DNA from: Alphaproteobacteria bacterium
Lineage (GTDB): Bacteria; Pseudomonadota; Alphaproteobacteria; SHWA01
Assembly (NCBI GenBank): GCA_009693995.1
Contig: SHWA01000003.1
Span: 1 to 61,863, forward strand
Length of the DNA stretch: 61,863 nt
Reading direction: 5' to 3'
The translations under genes were made by a program, and so were the position numbers. The notes under the pieces were generated by a model. The model worked only from the letters and a program-made list of their open reading frames with translations, had not been told where the DNA came from and made no database searches. Shown here one piece after another: positions 55,900 through 61,863 of the stretch. Numbering within the stretch: the first letter of the stretch is position 1; each line of letters starts with the position of its first letter.

Positions 55900-56712
55900 T
55901 CAGAGCGTCTTCAGGAACGCCCGCGTCGCGTCGATGGCGAGCTTGGCGCGGCCAGCCGCGGTCATGGTCTTGGCGAAGGCGTCCTTGGGCGCCTCGAGGG
56001 AGAGCGCGATGTCGTCCGGCAGCGCCGCCAGCAGTTCCCGCAACGGCAACCCGCCCTCGCCGGGATAGAGCCGAGCCGAGCGCGCCTCGTGCTGCAGCGC
56101 GCCGGCGCCCTCTGGCGGCCTCAGGGGCGCGTCGCAGAACTGGATGTAGGGGAAAAGGGCGGGATCGTACCGCTTGAGCGCCGCCACCGACCCGCCCGAG
56201 CGGAAGAGATGCAGCGCATCGATCAGCACGCCGGTCCTGGGCTGCGCCGCAGCTTTGACGATGCGCACCGCCTGCTCGATCGATTTCACCTCGCTCATGA
56301 CGAAGAACTCGAGGCAGGAGATGAGGCCGAGCGCCCCGGCGCGCTCGGCGACGGCGGCGAAGTTGGCGGTGGCGCGCGCCTCGTCGGGATCGTTGCAGAG
56401 GACGAGGACAAACTTGGCGCCGAGTTCGACGCCGCATTCGAACATCGGCACCAACTCCGGCGGGCGGGTGTTGGGCATCAGGCGCACCACCTCGATGTCG
56501 AGCACCTTGACGCCGGTATCGGCCATGCGCCGGAGCGTCTCCTTCAGCATCGGCGTTCCGCCGATCATCGGGTACTGGGTCTCGTTCGGCCAGCGCGGGT
56601 CGAGGCGGATGCGCAGGCCGACCGTGTCGTAGCCGCAGGCAGCGGCGAAGCTCACCATCTCCGGCGGCGAGGCCTCGAGCACGGTGAGGTGGGCGATGGA
56701 AATGGGATGCAT
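55900..56712 (-). CDS. sugar phosphate isomerase/epimerase (xylose-isomerase-like TIM barrel)
   Basis: 270 aa. The pattern of alternating beta/alpha segments, the LEFFVMSEV and DALHLFRSGG regions fit AP-endonuclease-2/TIM-barrel family proteins. Confidence 0.75.
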   Translation of the reverse strand: MHPISIAHLTVLEASPPEMVSFAAACGYDTVGLRIRLDPRWPNETQYPMIGGTPMLKETLRRMADTGVKVLDIEVVRLMPNTRPPELVPMFECGVELGAKFVLVLCNDPDEARATANFAAVAERAGALGLISCLEFFVMSEVKSIEQAVRIVKAAAQPRTGVLIDALHLFRSGGSVAALKRYDPALFPYIQFCDAPLRPPEGAGALQHEARSARLYPGEGGLPLRELLAALPDDIALSLEAPKDAFAKTMTAAGRAKLAIDATRAFLKTL

Positions 56713-56810
56713 GGCCGGCCTCGAATGCGTGGAATCGGCCCGAGGCTACGGGGTGAGGGGCGCGTTGTCCACGCGGCGAGGCTCGGTCGCGCTTGCTTGG
56801 TGTCGTCGCG

Positions 56811-57395
56811 CTAACGTACTGGCCACGCAACGCGGCGTTGGAAGTCGGAATGCCACAACAACTCTTCGGCAATCCGTTGGTCCGGAAACGAGACCAGGAC
56901 TATTTGGAGCCCGTTGATCCGAGCGTGCTTCATCGCTGGCAGGCAGTTGGTGTCACCAGTCACGAGCACGATTCGATCGACGGAGCGTGTTGCAGCATAA
57001 TTGGCGATATCGAGCCCAATTCGCATGTCTACGCCCTTTTGCTCGAAGTCCGGCTTGAAATCGTCGTCGGTGAGTTCTTGCGGCGCGATGGGGATATGCC
57101 TTGGCTTGAAGCCTCGGAACTTCAGAACGCCGCGCCGAACGGCGAACTGATCCTTCGTGGCCAGTCGTCTGAGCCAAGCATCGGAGGCCGTGAATTCTTT
57201 ATGGTTTCCTGAGACCGGAAGCTTGACGGTGCCGACAAAGGGCGCGCAGTCGTAATAGAGGATCCTCAGCAATTCCTCGTCGGGCGCAACGCGCCCATGG
57301 GCGACTGCTTCGATAAACTCAGGATCGCAGGAGAAGCCGGCTTTGCGCGAGAGAACGCGCAAATGACCGCCGTCGATGAGAACTGAAGCACGCAT
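56811..57395 (-). CDS. NYN-domain (LabA/DUF88-like, PIN-related) protein
   Basis: MRASVLIDGGHL (N-terminal Asp motif), KGVDMRIGLDI and IVLVTGDTNCLPAMKHARINGLQIVLV match the conserved acidic positions of NYN domains. The ATG at 57395 is preferred over the GTG at 57416, which sits inside a hairpin. G+C is visibly lower than in the neighbours. Confidence 0.7.
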   Translation of the reverse strand: MRASVLIDGGHLRVLSRKAGFSCDPEFIEAVAHGRVAPDEELLRILYYDCAPFVGTVKLPVSGNHKEFTASDAWLRRLATKDQFAVRRGVLKFRGFKPRHIPIAPQELTDDDFKPDFEQKGVDMRIGLDIANYAATRSVDRIVLVTGDTNCLPAMKHARINGLQIVLVSFPDQRIAEELLWHSDFQRRVAWPVR

Positions 57396-57396
57396 C

Positions 57397-57433
57397 AAAT
57401 AGAAAGACCCCCTCACGTTGCCGCGAGAGGGTC
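57397..57433 (-). terminator. hairpin plus T-tract (candidate intrinsic terminator of pspABC, or a leader structure of the NYN gene)
   Basis: On the minus strand: GACCCTCTC-N10-GAGGGGGTC followed by TTTCTATTT. The stem is 9 bp with one G-U pair. Confidence 0.5.
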
Positions 57434-57542
57434 TAAAATATTTTGCCCGCCTACGAGCGTAGCGGATAGGCCTTTATCCTAGCCCAAATGGGCTAAGGGG
57501 TCAATTTTTCATACATCGCCTACTTCCTCCCGTGTTGCGACG

Positions 57543-57947
57543 CTACAGCTCCCCGATCTCGCGCCGCAGGCGGAACTCGCGGCTGGTGACGTGGGCCTCG
57601 GCCTGGCGCAGGCGGCGTTCGATGTCAGCGAACTTGAGGCCGAGGTCGTGGGCGGTGCGCTGCGGCTCGGTGCGCACCGAGCGCCAGAACTCCGCCTCCT
57701 CCTCGGAACGGTAGAGCCCGACGGGGCGCGGCTGGAGCGCGCAGCCGGCGATCAGGTAGCCGACCACCAGGGGGAAGGTGAACGGGATCGCGGCGATCAC
57801 GAGGCCGAGCCGCACCGCCCAGGGGCGGATGCCGACATAGTCGGCGATGCCGGCGGCGACGCCGAAGAAGATCCCGCGCTCGGTGTCGCGGTAGAGCCGG
57901 GCCGGGCTCGGCGGCCGCTCGCGGTGATGGCGCTCGGAGCCGTTCAC
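57543..57947 (-). CDS. pspC: envelope stress response membrane protein PspC
   Basis: RLYRDTERGIFFGVAAGIADYVGIRPWAVRLGLVI is the PspC domain. It is followed by a TM segment and a coiled C-terminus. Confidence 0.85.
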   Translation of the reverse strand: MNGSERHHRERPPSPARLYRDTERGIFFGVAAGIADYVGIRPWAVRLGLVIAAIPFTFPLVVGYLIAGCALQPRPVGLYRSEEEAEFWRSVRTEPQRTAHDLGLKFADIERRLRQAEAHVTSREFRLRREIGEL

Positions 57948-58177
57948 AGCTTCTGCCTCCAGTCGGGGGAGTCCGCATCCAGGATGCGCTCCAGGTTGTT
58001 CAGCCGCCGCTCCATGCGGTCCGCACTCTGTGAAAGCTCGGCGAACAGGCGCTCGTCCTCACTGGTGAGCGACTTCGCCATGCGCCAGCGCGTGACGTAG
58101 TGGGCGACGATCCAGATCGGGGCGACCACCCCCATGAAGAGAATCGCCGCCATGAAGGACATCATGGCCGAGATCAT
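57944..58177 (-). CDS. pspB: envelope stress response membrane protein PspB
   Basis: 77 aa with a single N-terminal TM. LSQSADRMERRLNNLERILDADSPDWR is typical of PspB. Confidence 0.85.
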   Translation of the reverse strand: MISAMMSFMAAILFMGVVAPIWIVAHYVTRWRMAKSLTSEDERLFAELSQSADRMERRLNNLERILDADSPDWRQKL

Positions 58178-58180
58178 CGC

Positions 58181-58861
58181 CTAGCCCTGCCGCGTCGAGC
58201 CGCCCGCCTTGATGCGGGCCTTGAGGGCGTTCAGCTCCGCCTCGATCCTGGTGTCGTCGCCGAGGGCGGCGATCTGCTCGGCGAGCGACTTGCCTCGCCC
58301 CAGGTCGAGCGCCTGCACCTCGCTCTCGGCGGCATCCACCCGGTGCTCCATGCGCTCGAAGCGGGCGAAGGCGTCCTGGATGCGACCGTCGTAGAGCTGG
58401 CGCCGGGTGCGCAGGTGCGCGGTCGCGCTCTCCTCGCGCACGGCGAGCGCCTGCTGGCGGGCGCGCACCTCGCGCAGCTTCGCCGCCAGCTTGGTGATGT
58501 CCTCCTCATGCCGATGGATCGCCTCATCCAGGGCGGCGTGGTCGGCGGCCAGGGTGGCCGCGGTCTCGGCGAGCTTGGCCTTCTCCAGGAGCGCGCCCCG
58601 CGCCAGGTCCTCGCGGTCCTTGGCGAGGGCGACCTCGGCGCGGCGCGCCCATTCGCCCTCGGCGTCCCGCAGCCGACCCTGGGTGCGGTCCACGTCCTTG
58701 CGGTCGGCGATCGCCTTGGCGGCCGAGGCGCGTACCTCGACCAAGGTCTCCTCCATCTCCTGAATCATCAGCCGGATCATCTTCTCCGGGTCTTCCGCGC
58801 GGTCGAGGAGCACGGTCAGGTTGGCGCTGATGATGTCGGCGAGGCGGGAAAAGATGCTCAT
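58181..58861 (-). CDS. pspA: phage shock protein A
   Basis: MSIFSRLADIISANLTVLLDRAEDPEKMIRLMIQEMEETLVEVR is the canonical PspA/IM30 N-terminus. The rest is long coiled coil. Confidence 0.9.
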   Translation of the reverse strand: MSIFSRLADIISANLTVLLDRAEDPEKMIRLMIQEMEETLVEVRASAAKAIADRKDVDRTQGRLRDAEGEWARRAEVALAKDREDLARGALLEKAKLAETAATLAADHAALDEAIHRHEEDITKLAAKLREVRARQQALAVREESATAHLRTRRQLYDGRIQDAFARFERMEHRVDAAESEVQALDLGRGKSLAEQIAALGDDTRIEAELNALKARIKAGGSTRQG

Positions 58862-58892
58862 GGGTGATGTCTCCTCGGCTCGGGGGCGCGGG

Positions 58893-59072
58893 TCAGTCGA
58901 TCAGCAGACCGACCACGAGGCCGGCCGCGAACAGCGTCCAATGTTGGGCATCGAGGCGGCGCAGGCGCTGCAGGGCGAGTTCAGCGATCCCCAGGAAATC
59001 CTCCTTGAGGCGTCCGCCCAGGTTGCTGCGGCGATGGTCGTCGAGCTGGTGCACGTCTGAAACCCTCCGCAT
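58893..59072 (-). CDS. possible 59-aa tail-anchored leader ORF between the sigma-54 promoter and pspA
   Basis: MRRVSDVHQLDDHRRSNLGGRLKEDFLGIAELALQRLRRLDAQHWTLFAAGLVVGLLID. By my count 48 of 59 codons end in G/C. There is no convincing SD, so this is speculative. Confidence 0.3.
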   Translation of the reverse strand: MRRVSDVHQLDDHRRSNLGGRLKEDFLGIAELALQRLRRLDAQHWTLFAAGLVVGLLID

Positions 59073-59115
59073 CCGGGCGACCACGCGGCCGCATGCCCAC
59101 TCTATGGCTCCTCTA

Positions 59116-59133
59116 TTGCACCCGTCGTGCCAA
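59116..59133 (-). promoter_or_regulatory. sigma-54 (-24/-12) promoter of the psp operon
   Basis: The minus strand reads TTGGCACGACGGGTGCAA, i.e. TGGCACG-N4-GTGCA against the consensus TGGCACG-N4-TTGCW. It points at pspA, and pspF is divergent. Confidence 0.7.
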
Positions 59134-59152
59134 CCCGCCAGGGCTGAGGAAA

Positions 59153-59191
59153 GCATTGAATTTGTTTGGTAATCCATGGGGAATTCAATGC
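59153..59191. promoter_or_regulatory. 10-bp perfect inverted repeat GCATTGAATT-N19-AATTCAATGC (candidate PspF upstream activating site)
   Basis: Read directly from the sequence. It lies just upstream of the sigma-54 promoter, within the AT-rich pspA-pspF intergenic region. Confidence 0.45.
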
Positions 59192-59253
59192 CCTGCAAAT
59201 TTATATGATAAAAATTTTCACAATTATGGATATTTTCTGATAACAATTTGGCT

Positions 59254-60243
59254 ATGGCCATTGGCGATCCCCAGCCCGCCCTGCCGCCCCTCATTGGCCA
59301 GTCGCGCCCCTTTCTCGACCTGATGGAGGGAGTCTCTCGGCTCGCCACTCTCGATCGGCCGATCCTGGTGGTGGGCGAGCGGGGCACCGGCAAGGAGCTG
59401 GTGGTCGCCCGCCTGCACTATCTGTCGCGCCGCTGGGACCGGCCCTTCGTCGGCGTGAACTGCGCGGCCCTCGCCGAGAGCCTGCTCGATTCCGAGCTGT
59501 TCGGGCACGAGGCCGGCGCCTTCACCGGCGCCGACCGCCGCCGCCGCGGCCGCTTCGAGCAGGCCGACGGCGGGACCCTGTTCCTGGACGAGATCGCGAC
59601 CGCGTCCGGCGCCACCCAGGAGAAGATCCTGCGCGCGGTCGAGTACGGCACCATCCAGCGCCTGGGGGCGGAGCGGCAGACCAGCGTCGATGTGCGGGTG
59701 GTGGCGGCGACCAATGTGGACTTGCCGGCGGCGGCGGCGGCGGGGCGCTTCCGCGCCGACCTGCTCGACCGCCTCGCCTTCGACGTGGTGACCGTGCCGC
59801 CGCTCCGCGCCCGCGCCGATGACATTCCCCTCCTCACCACCCACTTCGCGCGCGCGTTCGCGGTCGAGATCGGCTGGGACGACTTTCCGGGATTCACGCC
59901 CGAGGCACTGGCGGCACTCGCGTGCCACGACTGGCCCGGCAACGTGCGCGAGTTGCGCGCGGCCGTGGAGCGGAGCGTCGCCCGCGCGCAAGCGGCGGGC
60001 GCGCCGGTTGCGGCGGTGGTCCTCGACCCCTTCGCCTCGCCCCACTGGCGGGGTGCTGAGACAGCCGTGTCCACGGCGGTGCCCGAAGGCGGCCTGATGG
60101 CGCATCTGGCCCGGATCGAGCGCGCGGCGGTGGCGGCCGCTCTCACCACCAGCCGCCACAACCAGCGCCGCGCCGCCACCGCCCTCGGCCTCACCTACGC
60201 CCAGCTCCGCTATCTGGTGCAGAAGCACAACCTCGGGACGTGA
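59254..60243 (+). CDS. pspF: sigma-54-dependent transcriptional activator PspF
   Basis: There is no receiver or sensor domain. The AAA+ core is present (GERGTGKE, GAFTGA, GGTLFLDEI) with a C-terminal HTH (QRRAATALGLTYAQLRYLVQKH). The start is the ATG at 59254, with a TTG at 59248 also possible. Confidence 0.85.
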   Translation: MAIGDPQPALPPLIGQSRPFLDLMEGVSRLATLDRPILVVGERGTGKELVVARLHYLSRRWDRPFVGVNCAALAESLLDSELFGHEAGAFTGADRRRRGRFEQADGGTLFLDEIATASGATQEKILRAVEYGTIQRLGAERQTSVDVRVVAATNVDLPAAAAAGRFRADLLDRLAFDVVTVPPLRARADDIPLLTTHFARAFAVEIGWDDFPGFTPEALAALACHDWPGNVRELRAAVERSVARAQAAGAPVAAVVLDPFASPHWRGAETAVSTAVPEGGLMAHLARIERAAVAAALTTSRHNQRRAATALGLTYAQLRYLVQKHNLGT

Positions 60244-60314
60244 CGCCCCGACCGGTTTGGCGCAGGTGCGTTCCGCGCTATGCTCGCCCGGCGTCCGCAG
60301 GGGAGCCGAGCCAT

Positions 60315-61349
60315 ATGCAGAAGCGCCTGGTCTATTTCGAGAACTGGTCCGACCCCATCGCTCTCGAGATCCTCTCCCCTGCGCCCGGCATCCTGCTCGA
60401 GCGCATCGCCAAGGACGATCCGGCGGAGCGCGCGGCGGAAGTGTTTCACCGCGCCCACGGCTACCAGGTGCGCTCCACCCGGCACGAGACGCCCTATTGG
60501 GTGACGGCGGCGCTGCTGGCGGGAGCGCCCAACCTGCTCGCGGTCTCGGCCCAGGGCGCCGGCTACGACACCGTGGACGTGGCGGCCTGCACCAAGGCCG
60601 GCGTCCTGGTGGTCAACCAGACCGGGCTCGGCAGCGCGACCGTCGCCGAGCACGTGCTGGCGGTGATCCTGACCCTGGCGCACCGCACCGGCGAATCCGA
60701 CAAGGCCATGCGCCGCGTGGCCAACATCCGCCGCCAAGACTACATCGGCCGCGACGTGCAGGGCACCACGCTCGGCATCATCGGCCTCGGCAACATCGGC
60801 TCGGCGGTCGCAACCCTCTGCCGCCGCGCCTTCGACATGCGCGTCCTCGCCCATGACCCGTATATCCCGGCGGCGCGGTTTGCCGAGTTCGGCGCCACCG
60901 CGGTCTCGCTCGACCAGCTCTTGCGCGAGTCCGACTTCGTCACCGTGCACGTGCCGCGCAACGCCGAGACCGAGGGCCTGATGGGCCGCGCCCAGTTCGC
61001 GCTGATGCAGCCGACCGCCTATTTCATCACCGCCGCGCGCGGCGGCATCCACGACGAGGCGGCGCTGCATGCGGCGCTTGTCGCCAAGACCATCGCCGGC
61101 GCGGCGCTCGACGTGTGGGCGGTGGAGCCGCCGCCCCTCGACCATCCGCTGCTAGCGTTGGAGAACGTGATCGCCACGCCCCACAATGGCGGGCTCTCCG
61201 CCGGCGCCTACCGCAACCTCGCCAAGGGCGCGGCCGAGCAGTGGCTGCAGATCTTCCGCGGCGAGAAGCCGCCGCGCCTGGTCAATCCCGAGGCGTGGGA
61301 GCCCTTCCGCCGCCGCTGGCAGCGCATCATCGGCAACGATCCGAGCTGA
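60315..61349 (+). CDS. D-isomer-specific 2-hydroxyacid dehydrogenase family protein
   Basis: Start is MQKRLVYF. GIIGLGNIGSAVA NAD-binding motif, and the RGGIHDEAAL...LDVW...TPHNGG catalytic region. Confidence 0.85.
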   Translation: MQKRLVYFENWSDPIALEILSPAPGILLERIAKDDPAERAAEVFHRAHGYQVRSTRHETPYWVTAALLAGAPNLLAVSAQGAGYDTVDVAACTKAGVLVVNQTGLGSATVAEHVLAVILTLAHRTGESDKAMRRVANIRRQDYIGRDVQGTTLGIIGLGNIGSAVATLCRRAFDMRVLAHDPYIPAARFAEFGATAVSLDQLLRESDFVTVHVPRNAETEGLMGRAQFALMQPTAYFITAARGGIHDEAALHAALVAKTIAGAALDVWAVEPPPLDHPLLALENVIATPHNGGLSAGAYRNLAKGAAEQWLQIFRGEKPPRLVNPEAWEPFRRRWQRIIGNDPS

Positions 61350-61355
61350 TCCGCC

Positions 61356-61863
61356 ATGCGGGGGTGCGACTGCCACATGCACCTGTTCGGTCCGGCGGCG
61401 CGCTATCCCTACGCCGAGGGCCGCCACTACACGCCGCCCGACGCCACCTTGCCGGACTACCTGGCCATGCGCGCCCGCCTTGGATTGGGGCGGACCGTCT
61501 TCGTGCAGCCGAGCGTCTATGGCTACGACCACCGCCTGATGCTGGATGCCTTGGCCGCGGGCGGCGACGGCTTCCGCGGTGTGGCGGTCCTCCCGGTGGA
61601 GGTGAGCGAGGCCGAACTCATGCGCCTCCACGGCGCCGGCGTGCGCGGGGTGCGGGTCAACCTGGTGCAACGGGGCGGTCCGGGGCCGGCGGCGCTTGCC
61701 CCCCTCGCCGCGCGGATCGCGCACCTGGGGTGGCATGTCCAGGTCTATCCTGGCACCGGCGCGCTGGTCGACCTCGCGCCCCTCTTGCGCGCCCTCCCCG
61801 TCGCGGTGGTGATCGATCACTATGGCTCGCCCGGTATGGGTGCGGGCACGGCGGATGCGGCCT
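61356..61863 (+). CDS. amidohydrolase-2 family protein (LigI / lactonase-like), 3'-truncated by the window
   Basis: My own translation is MRGCDCHMHLFGPAARYPYAEGRHYTPPDATLPDYLAMRARLGLGRTVFVQPSVYG...VVIDHYG. The DCHxH metal motif and the later DH motif are typical of PF04909-type hydrolases. It is absent from the ORF track because it has no stop in the window. Confidence 0.75.
   Translation, partial: MRGCDCHMHLFGPAARYPYAEGRHYTPPDATLPDYLAMRARLGLGRTVFVQPSVYGYDHRLMLDALAAGGDGFRGVAVLPVEVSEAELMRLHGAGVRGVRVNLVQRGGPGPAALAPLAARIAHLGWHVQVYPGTGALVDLAPLLRALPVAVVIDHYGSPGMGAGTADAA

Noticed and set aside
1-61863. tRNA, rRNA, riboswitch and CRISPR candidates in the intergenic regions.
   Set aside because: I read every spacer longer than about 60 nt and saw no cloverleaf-compatible sequence, no rRNA-like stretch, no known riboswitch core (for example no Moco motif upstream of moaB) and no repeat-spacer array. 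A covariance-model scan (tRNAscan-SE/Infernal) would be needed to be certain.

Overview
This is a high-GC chromosomal segment whose gene content and synteny look alphaproteobacterial: znuA / zur-znuCB, glcDEF, TPR-ispE, ETF-QO and gluQ. I support about 62 protein-coding genes, no tRNA or rRNA, and no CRISPR array. From left to right the window holds:
- an IS630-like transposase stub at the left edge, next to a hydantoinase-B gene with no hyuA
- an SDR gene and a rhodanese/ChrB-like gene coupled to chrA
- a zinc-uptake locus with two AT-rich Zur-type palindromes and an embedded small Tat-signal, Cys-rich protein
- a 41-aa L36 gene that the ORF track missed
- glycolate oxidase glcDEF, then pyruvate kinase and glycerate 2-kinase
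- a formylglutamate amidohydrolase / YbdK ligase pair
- a DUF1244-HADH-Ldh2 operon
- a TIGR04283/TIGR04282-type transferase pair fused into one operon with two paralogous MFS transporters
- moaB, a family-4 UDG, ETF-QO and TPR-ispE
- an unusual cluster of AcnX, an NfsA-like reductase, a PaaK-like ligase, TauE, an LLM oxidoreductase and a ComA homologue
- a hypothetical gene plus an orphan boxC, bracketed by REP-like palindromes
- a Met/Gly/His-rich periplasmic protein with a start-codon/frame anomaly
- TVP38, EamA and oligopeptidase B genes
- a methyltransferase-gluQ pair
- a seven-gene acyl-CoA operon (MaoC-ACAD-MaoC-flavoprotein-CoA transferase-CitE-like lyase-ligase)
- a lower-GC single-gene NYN-domain islet directly downstream of pspABC
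- a sigma-54 psp promoter with divergent pspF
- a 2-hydroxyacid dehydrogenase and a truncated amidohydrolase at the right edge.
Many long ORFs in the track are antisense or out-of-frame artefacts of high-GC DNA. I see no obvious complete defence or secretion system. The most promising unexplained items are the ComA/LLM/TauE/AcnX cluster, the NYN islet behind psp, the Zur-flanked small Tat protein and the split-MaoC acyl-CoA operon. All functional calls come from reading the translations against remembered family signatures; no searches were run.
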